A stretch of DNA of 63,247 bases, filler included, from Octopus bimaculoides (lineage: Eukaryota), in assembly GCF_001194135.2 (NCBI RefSeq). It is 5 parts of 5 records of this genome, joined end to end, with 100 filler letters (N's around TTAATTAATTAA, not from the genome) between each part and the next. Parts side by side here need not be neighbours in the genome. Positions count along the whole stretch, not along the records: positions 4,081 to 22,934 come from NC_068994.1; positions 23,035 to 31,992 come from NC_069002.1; 3 more parts are not named here. The stretch is one strand, 5' to 3'. The notes under the pieces were generated by a model. That model worked only from the letters and a program-made list of their open reading frames with translations. It was not told the origin of the DNA and made no database searches. This document shows, in pieces, positions 12,156 through 25,795 of the stretch (positions are counted from its first letter, which is position 1; the number at the start of each line of letters is the position of its first letter). The position numbers and the translations under genes were made by a program.

Positions 12156-13894
12156 CATACATATATACATACATATACCTGTAAATATATATCTCTGTAT
12201 TTATGTATGCAAGTATGTACGTGTGTGTGTATGTAAATGTGTTTCTCGGTCTTAGCTGGGGAATGTGTGTCTGTCTGTGCCCTTGTTTGTGTTTGTAACA
12301 CCGTCATTTGACACCGTTGTTGGATTTTTATGTCCCCGTAACTGAGTGGTTCATCAGAGACATCAATGATAAAATAAGTGTCAGACTTTTAAAAAATATG
12401 TAGTGTGATTGCTCTCCTTATATACAACCCTCCCAAGGGGGACCCCAGCATGGCTGCATTCCATGGATTTCAATAAATAAAATATACAATGATATCATTG
12501 GATATCTCCATGGATATCATTTTCGTTTTTTCAGACTGGTTTGCGGTGTTCGAATAATAAATGACAACGAAATTCCTTAACACCTCTTTAAAAATCTGTG
12601 AAAGAATTTATTTGTCTTCTGATTATTTGGATAATAATTTACTCTTCGGCAAGTCACATTACGATGTGACGGACATGAAACAATGATTTTTCTACACCTG
12701 CATAATTCAGGTATTGGTCTGGAACTCTACAGTTTTGATAGCCCAGTATTCGAGTTGAGTACTTCTCTGGAAATACCCTACATTTACACACTACCAGGAC
12801 CTTTTGTGCTCTTTGCAGGTAAATTGGTTTCGAAAATGTATGTACTAATGTGATATTGGAGGCTTTTGCCAATGACTTTTGCTACACCAAAGTAGCAAAG
12901 CATGATATCCAGTCGGTCATTACAATCTTTCCACCACGCAGATATTTTGTCAAATAGTAATGACCTCCTGATGGTATGTCAACATGGCTATTATCAATAT
13001 CGTAATGAATCATATTAGCTCCTTCGTGAGGACAAGCTTGTAGATTAATATTTAGAATTGGCAATATCAAGTATTAGTGAATTTTCATCTATTTTTATTG
13101 CTAATTTCATTATAACTTTTAAGTACTTTGCTTGTGTTATTCCATTATCACGATGTAATGTAATTTCTAATTTTGTCATGCACGTATTTTAGTATGTGTC
13201 CGCTAATTTACCCAAGTTCACACTTAGCATAATTTATTATCCTGTATATGTGTTTATGTCGAAGCTTGACTTATTATAATTAAGGGTTACGAATGGTACC
13301 CACTTAATTACTTTGCTATACGTATTTATTTAGTTTCATATTAGCGACTATTACATTGGTTTCATAGTTAATGATAATGTATGCGTTTGTGTTAAATTTC
13401 TTATATTTCCCAGCCTTATGAGTCACGAAGAGATAATATATGTGACTTGATCTAATTAGGGCGTATTTTTGTCTTGTCAGATTACAATATACGGTAAAAA
13501 TATTCTTTACTACTCTAGTCACAATGCCCGAAATTTTAGGGCAGGGGGCCGGTCGATTAGATCGACCCCAGTCCGCAACTGGTACTTAATTTATCGACCA
13601 AGAAAGGATGAAAGGTAAAGTCGACTTCGGTAGAATTTGAACTCAGAACGTAGAGACAGATGAAGTAGCGCTAAGCCTTTTGCCCGGCGTGTTAACAGTT
13701 CTGCTAGCTCGCCGGTTTTACGGTGGAAATATTAATGTTTATGAAAAAATCTTGTTGTAACGATAATAACAAAGAATCGCGCTTCAAAGCTCTCAACGTC
13801 ACTCATTGGTCGAGAGCTGGATTTTTCTTTCAATAACATTTTTTCTTTCAATACAATGTATGTGTATATAAACAGTTACAAATACGCACGGTGA

Positions 13895-14210
13895 AGGCAC
13901 ACGGCTTAGCGGTTAGGTTAATCGGCTCACGATTCTAAGGGCATGACTTCTATTCCAGGCAGTGTGTGTGTGTGTGTCCTTGAGCAAAACACTTTATTTC
14001 ATGTGGCTCCAGTCAACTCAGCTGGTAAAAATCAGTTTTAGATGTTATTCAATGCGCCGGCCTTGTCCCATTCTGTGTCAGGCTGTATCTGTCTCAGATC
14101 TGTGTTAAAGGTGCACGTATCTGCGAAGTATTCAGCCGCTTACACGTAAATTTCACTGACAGGTTGCATATATTTGGAACCCTTGACGTCATAACTGATG
14201 GCGTGCCAGA
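13895..14210 (+). mobile_element. SINE family C
   Basis: Head GGCACACGGCTTAGCGGTTAGG and the family C tail. Confidence 0.75.
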
Positions 14211-16043
14211 TGTATGCAGGATTCAGCTACGAATATATATATTAGTCCACATGGTAGCTCTGTATCGAGTGGATGTGTTTTTAATAATTCAAAAGTAGAT
14301 GAAAGCGGCAATCTAGTAAAATCTTTAGCTGAGCGATTGTGCCTTTTATATTTTCAGAGTTATTCATATTAACATCAACTGCGTACTCGAGTTGATGTAA
14401 TTGACTTAGCCCATCCCTGGAACTTTGTGGCCCTGCACCAAAATTTGAAATTAAGATTTAAAACTTGGATATTATGAGTACAGTTTTTACAGAGGTTATT
14501 TACCTAACATAAAGAATTTAAATCCATCTTAAATCCGATGAGTAATTCATGAATGCATCTTACCTTAAGTGAAAGACTTGTGAAGTTGCATTTGTTTCAT
14601 GCATCTATCTCGCATATTTAATGTTTATTATCACTTTATTGGGTTTCCCTAGACAGCAGACTCATGAATTAAGACTTGTGAAGTTGCATTTGTTTCATGC
14701 ATCTATCTCCCATATTTAATGTTTNNNNNNNNNNGACTCATGAATTAAGACTTGTGAAGTTGCATTTGTTTCATGCATCTATCTCCCATATTTAATGTTT
14801 ATTATCACTTTATTGGGTTTCCCTAGACAGCAGACTCATGAATTAAGTGATTAGGTCTAAGTGCTACTGGATCTATTAAACTCTATCGTTTTACCTTCTC
14901 TTAAGGTATTCGAAAGTCGGGTTTAGTTTCTGTGTTCTGTTTCATTTCATGAATGCTGCTGTATATTACATTTCACTCATTCCCCTTCAACTTGGTTGAA
15001 GCTTATCATTAAGGAGAGATTATCACGGATTATTTCCCGCAATACGTTTGAGTCCAATTCTTTGAAGCAATCCATATTACAGGGATTTACAACCGCAAAA
15101 ATGAAATAAAACAAACGCTGGCAGGAACTAAAGATGTGATTATTTAGATTTCTTGATGAGAAATTTTGATGACTGCAAATTTATTTGTAATGCTATCCAT
15201 AATCTATATATTTTTAATGCTACTGTTATTGTTTTATTGCTTAAAACTCCGGAAATTTTACGATCACCAAATCTATTGTGTCAGATATATTATGCTATAA
15301 TTAACATGCAGTATTGTATAGGCCAGAATGTATCGGAACAATAAAAGCCAAATCTTGCTTTTTCTTGCCTTGTTTTTGTTGTGTCGACGCTCCCAGGCGA
15401 AGAACTAGGATATCCCAAGACATATAGAGGTAGTCTGGCCGTGGTAGGAGTGTTTATTATTAGCAGTCGAGTAGCAGTTGTGTAGCGGTTGGGTAGAGAT
15501 CATCCGAAGGTGCTAGATAGCAGTAGCGTTGAGACATAACAGTTTTACAGTGATATATACCTATAAATATAGAACTGTAAAAGACGAGGCAGAGAAGGCA
15601 AGATTTGCTTTTTACTATCATCTTACCTTCGTTTTGAGATATATCTGTAGATTACAAATTAAGCGCAGGTAAGATAGCTTTTTGTAGTACACGAAAGATT
15701 TTTCACAGTGGTCTTTAGCGCTGTGCACCACACGTTTTAATCTAGTTACTTTTGAGCTATTGATGCAACTGGTACTTTTTGCTCTGTATGTATAATACAA
15801 GGCACATTCCAAAATTTTTGAGAGCTTTTCTGAGTGCGACATCTATCAATTTCAAAAAAGTCCAAATCTCCAAATTCCCTGAAAGTAGGATCTATGGACT
15901 TCGACGCACTTGTTGTAGCGCTGCAGTCGTTGTTTCATTGCCAGACCACCGTAGTCTTGTTATTCCGCTCTCTCTTTTTCTTTCATTAAATCAAACCTTC
16001 CTCTTTTCTCTGTTACGTTCCCTCTATATATTTCACGTCACTA

Positions 16044-16275
16044 AGGCAGAGAGCTGGCAGAAACGTTAGCACGACGGGCGGAATGTTTAGCGTTATTTCG
16101 TCTGCCGTTACGTTCTCAGTTCAAATTCCGCCAAGGTCGACTTTGCCTTTCATCCTTTCGGGATCGATAAATAAAGTACCACTTACGCACTGTGGTCGAT
16201 GTAATCTACTTAATCCGTTCATCTGTCCTTGTTTGTCCCCTCTACGTTTAGCCTCTTGTGGGCAATAAAGAAATA
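16044..16275 (+). mobile_element. SINE family A, tail variant 2
   Basis: GGCAGAGAGCTGGCAGAAACGTTAGC...GTTCAAATTCCGCC...CCTTTCATCCTTTCGGGATCGATAA, with tail TGTCCTTGTTTGTCCCCTCT...GGCAATAAAGAAATA. Confidence 0.9.
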
Positions 16276-16354
16276 TATATTTCACATCACTACTTCATCT
16301 CTCTCTGTCTCTCCTGCTCTATCTATGTTTCTCTCTCTCTCTCTTTCTCTATCT

Positions 16355-16401
<47 letters not shown>

Positions 16402-17156
16402 TCTTCTCGCAACTTGCTTCCAACAATACCATTTTGGGTCACTTTTTGTAAGCCTTTTTTCTTCATTGAAATGCTTAGTATAATGTATAAATATCTTGAC
16501 AACCGTCATATTTTCCCTACTTTTTATTTTATACACTTTTTCACTGCAAAGTTTAGTTCAAACATCGTTTTCGTCCAGCGAGAAAAATATAATGGTTTTA
16601 AGTTTTGGTAGAGCACCAGCAATTTTTAAGGGAACAAGGCTTCAGTCGACTGCCTCGATTTCAGGAATTGATCGATACTATGTTTTCGATCGCCAAAAAT
16701 ACGAAGGACAAAGCTGACCTTCTAGGAATTGGCACTTAGAACTTAAAGAGCTCAGAACATAAAGACGATCAAACTGCCGCGAAGCATGTTACCCAGTATG
16801 CTAACGATTCTGCAAGATCACAACTTTAATAATCTAGTCTAGCACAATAAAATCGAAATCGCGTCAAAACCAAGAACACAAAACTCGGAAGAGAACGTGT
16901 GAAATCACAGCTTCATTTGGTATTATTCTTATTTATCCTACATTATCTGTGTGCTTTTCCGTATAAACTTTAAACAATAAATTGTGAATTGTCACTTTAA
17001 ATAAAATTGACTTCTAATTTCACTATAACGCATTTAGTCTTCATGTCTCTGTGTTTGCTTCTATTTGTATGTTTGCATATGTGCTGTGTCAATATGGGGA
17101 GGCGGAATGATGTTCACGTATGTGTATAGAAATATATACGTTATTCGTTTCTCTCC

Positions 17157-17188
<32 letters not shown>

Positions 17189-17215
17189 GTGCATACATAT
17201 AGGGAGACGAATAAC

Positions 17216-17248
<33 letters not shown>

Positions 17249-17302
17249 CACACATATGTATAGGTTTATACACACAAGCACGTACATACAGTAAGAGACG
17301 TG

Positions 17303-17357
<55 letters not shown>

Positions 17358-17383
17358 ACATATACGTACACTGTACTTTACAT

Positions 17384-17418
<35 letters not shown>

Positions 17419-18135
17419 GTGGATGTGTGTGTATGGGTGTGGTTATATACGCATATGTCAATATGTACGCATGTGTAATCATAGGTATGTTTCTGTGTTC
17501 ACGTTCATTTGACGTAATTTAATATGAGCTATTCTAGAGGTGATGACGAAGGGAAAAAAACACATTTCGTCGTCTCATAATTAAATAATATATTGATGTT
17601 CTCTTTACTTAATTATTATTTATTAAAGATATATATTAATTATTATTTATTAAAGATATATTTTGGGAGAAATACTACGTCCAATTATATACGCGTCTTT
17701 TCTTTATTTGTCTTTCTCTACCTTGGCTTTATCTCTGCAGAGTATCTCAGAATAACACACAAACACACACACGCACACACATATATATATATATTCATAT
17801 ATTTATATACATATATCTATATGTGTAGATATACATTATACATATATACATGCATATATATATGTACATGTATATGCACACACACATATATGAATTCCAC
17901 GGTGCTATATAAATATATACGCGCGTGTGCGTGTGTTCGTGTTTGTATGTGTGTATGAGTGTGTGTGTGTGTGTGTGTGTGTCTCCAAATAATGAGAAGA
18001 TGACAAAGAAAATTCTTAGCAAATTTTAAATGATTTGTTATAATCGCTTCCGTACTCTTCGCCAAACTCACTTTACTGTTTTTCTGTAGTAGACCTAAAG
18101 AAATACCCTGCAAACCGAAAGGTTTCATAGCCTAG

Positions 18136-18173
<38 letters not shown>

Positions 18174-18702
18174 GCACACACACACATATATATCTGCATA
18201 TATATATATAGACATATATATACATANNNNNNNNNNNNNNNNNNNNNNNNNNNNNNNNNNNNNNNNNNNNNNNNNNNNNNNNNNNNNNNNNNNNNNNNNN
18301 NNNNNNNNNNNNNNNNNNNNNNNNNNNNNNNNNNNNNNNNNNNNNNNNNNNNNNNNNNNNNNNNNNNNNNNNNNNNNNNNNNNNNNNNNNNNNNNNNNNN
18401 NNNNNNNNNNNNNNNNNNNNNNNNNNNNNNNNNNNNNNNNNNNNNNNNNNNNNNNNNNNNNNNNNNNNNNNNNNNNNNNNNNNNNNNNNNNNNNNNNNNN
18501 NNNNNNNNNNNNNNNNNNNNNNNNNNNNNNNNNNNNNNNNNNNNNNNNNNNNNNNNNNNNNNNNNNNNNNNNNNNNNNNNNNNNNNNNNNNNNNNNNNNN
18601 NNNNNNNNNNNNNNNNNNNNNNNNNNNNNNNNNNNNNNNNNNNATATATAATTAAATATGTAGTAAATAAACATACGAACATATACTAAATACACAGGCA
18701 TA

Positions 18703-19845
18703 TATATTGGGTGACCCAAAGCAGTGAATGCATGGTTGAGTTTTAAAAACTAAAATTTCATTCATCTTTAGAGTTAACTCATTGGTAATAGTGAACGAGC
18801 CATACTAAGTTTCGAGCAAAGGAAATGTAAACTAGTGTTACTGGAAGTTTGAAAACAGAATCCAGCTGAAAAACCTGCTAAGAGGGGATTTTCAAACAGA
18901 TCCAAACGTGCGCGTTCCCATTACCCGTTTGAAGAAAATGGAACGGTTCAGAAGGTGCACAAGAAATTTTGCGGAGTACCTTGGACATTGTCTAGCACCA
19001 ACAATGCAGGAAATTTATTTCAATTCCATTGCCAGCTGTTCAAGAAAACCTGCGCGGCATGTGAATTGCGAGATACATCCAGCAACCATCGCAGTTTGAA
19101 GCGTTGTTATTAGAAAATATTCACTGTGAAGTTGAGCCTGATCGGATGGTGAACTTTTGCGTGCACCGATTCGCAAGGTCTGTGAAGATTGAGACTTTCC
19201 GATGAAGATTTGTTGGAGTGACGAAGTTACATATACAATAAATGATTCATTTAACAACCGCAATTGCTCCTACTGAGAATGGACATACTCCATGAAGCAT
19301 TATTTTAATTTACTAGGAATGAAGGTGTGGAGCGGCCTTTTGTCAACTGGATGACATGGACAATTGTCTTTTCACTCTATTATAACCATTTTATTCTACT
19401 GGCCCAATTTACTCCTAATTTCTGCAATATGAAAAATTTGGAGGTGTAGTATATCATAGTAACGCAAGGACCTACCTTGAGATTTTTTCAGACAGTTAAA
19501 TTAGGCAAACAGGTTTAGAAAAGTACACTCTATTCAACAGTCCTCAGAGCACAGAGCATTAATATGGTGATACTTCAAATCTAAAGTTTTGCGGTGTAAA
19601 ACAGTCAATAGTCAACAAGTTTACGGCAGTTATTGAACGAGAATGTGCACAAATACGGAAGGAAAAGTTTCTTGATATTTGCAAACTGTTGCTTCATGTA
19701 ATCAGCAGTGTCTGGATCCGAACTGGTTTCAGTATGAAAACAAATGTCTATAAACAAGATTAAATTTATAGCTATAGAATCTATGAAATTTTGAAACTCA
19801 ATATTATTTTAATAGAGACTGATTTTTGTAATCATTCAGTGAGTG
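18703..19845 (+). mobile_element. Decayed Tc1/mariner transposon with DUF4817-type N-terminus
   Basis: LSFEQRK..YWKFEN, FEENGTVQKVHK and ICWSDEVTYTINDSFNNRNCSY (the WSDEA..LNG.VN..NC motif) with many stops. TIRs are barely recognisable. Confidence 0.7.
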
Positions 19846-19866
19846 TATACATTGCTTAGACATCAT

Positions 19867-19955
<89 letters not shown>

Positions 19956-20688
19956 ATATAGTCTCCGTTCAGTCATTTGGCTGTGGCTATGCTGGAGCAC
20001 GCTCTCTCCATATATATTCATGTGCGTAGTCGCCTGGAGTACGAGTTTGTGTACAAACGTACATATACACTACACGTATGTATTTCTATAAATGTACGTA
20101 CATATACTTACATACATAGATACATACTTACACACACATATATATAAACATAAATATATACGTCTATGTATATATATATATATATATGCTTATATATATG
20201 TGTGTCTATGCTCCTGTGTACATATACATAAAAACATACATGCTTTGACACATATATGTAAACATATATACATATATACAAACAAACATTTATATACCGA
20301 GAGAGAGGGAAAGAGCGATAGGGAACAGAGAGAAAGAGAGATGCAGCTATTCACTATATGTTAAATCTATGAGTCAATGATCGTAAATTTAACATCAATG
20401 CTTAATGCATATTAAGTCAGTAAATTATATGAATAGGAAGACATAAATTTGAATTATATGTAAACATCCACTTTCCCAATAGCCAGTAGCAATATTGCCT
20501 GAAACTGGTGCCATCTTACCATTCTTTATATGTCTGCCAGTCTCGATTAAATAGATTTTCCCACACACTGTGTATTTAATCTCTACCTCATGGTAGTTTA
20601 TTGAGTTATCAGGACGAATGGTGACTCCACACACAAAACAAGAATGAATATATGAATATATATATATATATATATATATACATGTGTA

Positions 20689-20731
<43 letters not shown>

Positions 20732-20814
20732 GTGTGTGTGTGTTTGTATGTGTTTGTGTATGTATGTATATGTATACACATATATAATATATATTTAGAC
20801 ATAGATATAGATAC

Positions 20815-20858
<44 letters not shown>

Positions 20859-22584
20859 NNNNNNNNNNNNNNNNNNNNNNNNNNNNNNNNNNNNNNNNNN
20901 NNNNNNNNNNNNNNNNNNNNNNNNNNNNNNNNNNNNNNNNNNNNNNNNNNNNNNNNNNNNNNNNNNNNNNNNNNNNNNNNNNNNNNNNNNNNNNNNNNNN
21001 NNNNNNNNNNNNNNNNNNNNNNNNNNNNNNNNNNNNNNNNNNNNNNNNNNNNNNNNNNNNNNNNNNNNNNNNNNNNNNNNTATATATATATTTATGTACA
21101 GATACGTAAGATAAATTCACGTATACACATATTCCTATAGATAACCCGACGTATGTGTGTGTTTATCTGCTGTCTGTATGTGTGTATGTGTGTGCGTGTA
21201 TTTGTGTGTGTGTGTGTCTGTGTCTGTGTGTTTGTGTGTGTTTGTGTGTGAGTGTGTGCGTGTCTGCTTGTGTTGTGCAACACTGTGCTTACTGCCATAG
21301 GATATAGTGTAAAAGACCTAATAAATAACAAGATAAAATTAAATGATGCGTGTTTCACCCCTTGAAGTGTTTCTCAGTTATATTTAATTGAAAGAGACGA
21401 ACAATTTCCTACGACTGGAATCACAGCAAGTAGTCCAAGAAACTTGAGAGTTAAATGCAGGGATAGTGGTAAAACGAGGAAGACGGAAAGCAGGCGGGGA
21501 GACAAATTGAGACTAAATTAACAGGTCTAAACAGGCCTCCGTAACAGACAGCAAGGATGGGAAAGTATAGTATAATATCGATTTATGGTCACTACGTTGA
21601 AGTCTAAAATTGTTGCTGTTGTCGTCGTTTAGCCATCGGAGTGCTGTGATCGAAAAAGCCTATGGACAAACGTTTTTCCAACTGTGAACATCCTGTCGGT
21701 TTGCTCTTGTAATTTCGATATCTATTTTTTCTGCTGCATCTGGTCTCTTGAAGACAATAGGATCCGGAGTTGAAGGTGATTTCGTAGTTGCGTCTAACTG
21801 GCTTCGTCTGTGATTGTAAACACAATGCTGCCCTAAGAGACACGCTTACTGGACATTCGCTATGTTCTCCACGCGCCAAGAATTCCAGTGTTAATCTACG
21901 TGATTTACCTGTCCTTTTGTTGACTAAACGCAATTGACCAACGGACTTTATCAATTTTTGACCTTTATTTGAATATCGTCAAAGGTGTACACTTCATTAC
22001 ACCAATCGTAGATTCCCGCTTATATATTCATCAAATCGTATAGCTCTGGAGAACTGGTGCTACTAATCTGCATACTACCAGCGTTTAACACTTTAATTGA
22101 TATCAGAGGCCTCACAATAAAGGCGCGTGGCTAAATGGTTAGGGCATTCGATTCATGATCATTATGTCATGGGTTCGAATCCCGACTGTGCTTTATAATA
22201 TACATTTTATGCCGCTGAGGTGTTTCGCTCATAAACACACACATCACCCTTTCTGATATTCGAACCCACCATCCCTCGACCAAGTGTCCACTGCTCTAAC
22301 CACTAGGCCATTTGCCTCCACAAGTTGTACAATTAGCTGTTCATAATTCACCTGAATAGTGAAAGCTGAACTTAGAATAGATTGTCAAATATTGGTTTCA
22401 AATTTTGGCAGAAGGGCAGCTAATTCGGGCGAGTGGGTGGTGGGATTAAGCCGAGGACAAAAAAGCCAATGCTCAGTACGTATCTTATCGATCCGAAATG
22501 CATGAAGGGCAATTTCAATATCAACAGAATCTGACCTGAGGACGTAAGGACGGAGGAAATGCTCAATCACACTGTCAAATATTC

Positions 22585-22934
22585 TTTCTCTTTTCTACTC
22601 TAGGCACAAGGCCTGAAATTTTGGAGCAGGAGCCAGTCGATTAGACTGGTACTTAATTCATCGACCCCGAAAGGATGAAAGGCAAAATCGACCTCGTTGG
22701 AAATTTAAACTCAGAACGTAAAGTCAATCGGAATAGCGTTAAGAATTTCGACCGGCGTGCTAGCGTTCCTTATTTCTTTATTACTCACAAGGGGCTAAAC
22801 ATAGAGGGGACAAACAAGGACAGACAAAGGGATTAAGTCGGTTACATCTACCACAGAGCATGACTGGTTCTTAAGTTATCGACGCCGAAAGGATGAAAGG
22901 CAAATTCGACCCCTGCGAAATTTGAACTCAGAAC
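22585..22934 (-). mobile_element. Tandem SINE family A dimer
   Basis: Two AAAGGATGAAAGGCAAA units joined through tail variant 2; truncated by a gap. Confidence 0.85.
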
Positions 22935-23069
22935 NNNNNNNNNNNNNNNNNNNNNNNNNNNNNNNNNNNNNNNNNNNNTTAATTAATTAANNNNNNNNNN
23001 NNNNNNNNNNNNNNNNNNNNNNNNNNNNNNNNNNATAATAATTTTCCCCGAGGATGTAGCAACCTTATG

Positions 23070-23138
<69 letters not shown>

Positions 23139-23529
23139 TCTAGAATGATTCTGAAAACGCAGTATACTTGAATGATTATAAAGAATTGGCTTCCTTATTA
23201 TGAGGTCACTGTCTCGAGTTCACCGCTACGGTGTATCGTAGTCACGTGATGTTTACTATATTTTTAGGATGGTCTATTCCTTGTAAGAGAATAAATGGGT
23301 AAACGAAGACCGTATAGGAATCTGTCGGATGGAAAGTACCCGTAATTCAAATGCCTAGCCGAATCAAACACCGTTGTCACACTGGTTCTGTCTCTGCGGA
23401 GTACTCAGCCATTTATATTGATTTTCAATAAGCCTAGTAGGCTGGCGTCATCAAACTGAAAATTGTGTTACTAAAGAAAAATTTCAACAAGAAATGAACA
23501 AAAAAATAAATAAATAAATAAATAAATAA

Positions 23530-24370
23530 ATAAAAGAAAGAAAGAGCATGGAAAGAAAAGAAAATGTACGGTTAGTTTGCAAGAGATGTGAACGCCAAGA
23601 CAGATACAGAGGACCAGTGGCTATGGATGAGGAGGAGTGACCTGAAGACAGAAACAGAAGCACTCATATGCGCAGATCAGGAACAAGCGTTAAGGACTAG
23701 TTATATGAAGTGCAGAATAGACAACACTACAAATAACGACAAATGCAGAATGTGTGGTGAAAGGGATGAAACAGTATGGTACATCGTTAGCAAATGCCTG
23801 AAATTGGCACAAAGCGAATACGAAAGACGCCATGACAATGTGGCAAGAATGATCCATTGGGAGCTGCGTGGAAATCACGGCCTACAAAGAGTAAAGATGT
23901 GGTATCAGCAATCTCCAGAAGGAGTCACCGAAAATGAGAATTGCAAAATCCTGTGGGATGCAATGATTCAGTGCGTTCACCGGCCAGACATCGGAAACGG
24001 GACATTGTTGTGGTAAATAAAAAAGAAACAACACGTATGATAATCGACACTGCATGCCCCGGTGACAACAGGATCAATGTGGAAGAAGAAGAAAAAATAA
24101 ACAACTATGACGATTTGAAGTGGGAAATACGAAGGTTGTGGTCAATGAAGAGAGTAGACGTGATACCAATAGTAATTGGTGCTCTCGGAAGTATCAGCAC
24201 TCAACTACGAACATGGCTGAAAAAGATTGGTGCAAGTGTGAAGGTAGAACACCCACAGAAATCAGAATTGCTTGGACTGCAAGAATTCTTCGCAGGGTTC
24301 TTGAAGAATGACCAGTAAACAAGTGTCACCTTAGTTGCTGGCTGTGGACAGCTGACACTTTCCATCCATA
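23530..24370 (+). mobile_element. R4/Dong-type RLE LINE, 3' fragment (CCHC plus restriction-like endonuclease)
   Basis: WKEKKMYG, ETEALICADQEQALRT, CRMCGERDETVWYIVSKC, RRHDNVARMIHWEL, then RPD/DIVVVNKK...IIDTACPGD...IPIVIGALG...LGTARILRRVLEE* across frameshifts. Confidence 0.92.
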
Positions 24371-24484
24371 CTCAGCGAAATATATAGCATACAGAAAATA
24401 CCACTACTAGGCACAGCACATACATAAGGTACACAGAGCTGCGCTTGATTGTGCAGTGAAAGCACGTGATAAAAATAAGACTAT

Positions 24485-24544
<60 letters not shown>

Positions 24545-24680
24545 TAGCACGGCCAAAATAATCAGGAAAGTATTAGATAGCTGAAAAGAATGGACTGCAT
24601 GGTGCCGTAAGCTGAAGGTGGCAAGTCTGCTACGCATCTAAGACTCCAGGAGTTCCAACAAGACCTGTGGTAAGGAGAAA
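24545..24680 (+). mobile_element. Very short 3' end of an R4/Dong LINE inside (TAA)n
   Basis: TAKIIRKVLDS* plus a 3' UTR homologous to 30436-30510, with (TAA)n on both sides. Confidence 0.8.
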
Positions 24681-24884
24681 TAATAATAATAATAATAATC
24701 CTTTCTACTATAGGCACAAGGCCTGAAATTTTGGTGAGGGAGATAGTCGATTGCATCGACCCCAGTGTTTCATTAGTTCTTAATTTATCGACACCGAAGG
24801 GATGAAAAGTTGACCTCGGTGGAATTTGAACTCAGACGAAATATCGCAAAGTATTTCGCCCGGAAAGCTAAAGATTCTGCCAGC

Positions 24885-24942
<58 letters not shown>

Positions 24943-25154
24943 CTTTTCTACTCTAGGGATAAGAAGGCCCGAAATTTTTTGCGGGGGAGGGGGCCAGTCG
25001 ATTAGATCGAACCCAGTATTCAACTGGTAGTTAATTCATCGATCCCGAAAACATGAAAGGCAAATTCGACCTCGGCGGAATTTCAACTCAGAACGTAAAG
25101 ACAGACGAAATACCGCTATGTATTTCTCCCGGCGTGCTAACGTTTGAGCCAGCT

Positions 25155-25585
25155 CGCCGCCTTGTAATAATACCTGAGGATACAGGCGTAGGTGACAAAG
25201 AGCTGGGAAAGATTGACAAGTACAAGGTACTAAAAGACGAAATTGCAAGAATGTGGGCGGCGAAGAGAGTAACAGTCATCCCCGTAATTGTAGGGGCATT
25301 CGGAGGATGCTAATGAAAATAATAATAATAATAATAATAATAGTAATAATAATAATAATAAACTAAGTTCGAGAAATATGTCGGAGAAATTGGAATTGAT
25401 ATGAGCTAGGATTTTGAGAATGAAACTTGAGTGTTGAGTATTTTCCACGGTAATTAACCTAAGTACCAAGTCTCATAATTTGTGGAGACACTGTGAGAAC
25501 TTTGACAACAGGATGCCGTCCGCTTTCGCAGAATTAACCAGAGCAAGATCGAGAGGTCTGAGAAGAAAAATATACTAATAGTGAA
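25155..25585 (+). mobile_element. R4/Dong LINE 3' fragment split by an (AAT)n tract
   Basis: IPEDTGVGDKELGKIDKYKVLKDEIARMWAAKRVTVIPVIVGAFG, resuming as TKFEKYVGEIGIDM and ending in poly(A). Confidence 0.8.
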
Positions 25586-25764
25586 AAAAAAAAAAAAAAA
25601 AAAAAAANNNNNNNNNNNNNNNNNNNNNNNNNNNNNNNNNNNNNNNNNNNNNNNNNNNNNNNNNNNNNNNNNNNNNNNNNNNNNNNNNNNNNNNNNNNNN
25701 NNNNNNNNNNNNNNNNNNNNNNNNNNNNNNNNNNNNNNNNNNNNNNNNNNNNNNNNNNNNNNNN

Positions 25765-25795
<31 letters not shown>

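Noticed and set aside
14574-14846. About three copies of a ~95-bp unit
   Set aside because: Near-identical copies straddle a 10-N gap; most likely an overlapping contig-end artefact.
22120-22325. Two tRNA-like sequences with A and B boxes facing each other
   Set aside because: No complete cloverleaf; they match SINE heads rather than tRNA genes.
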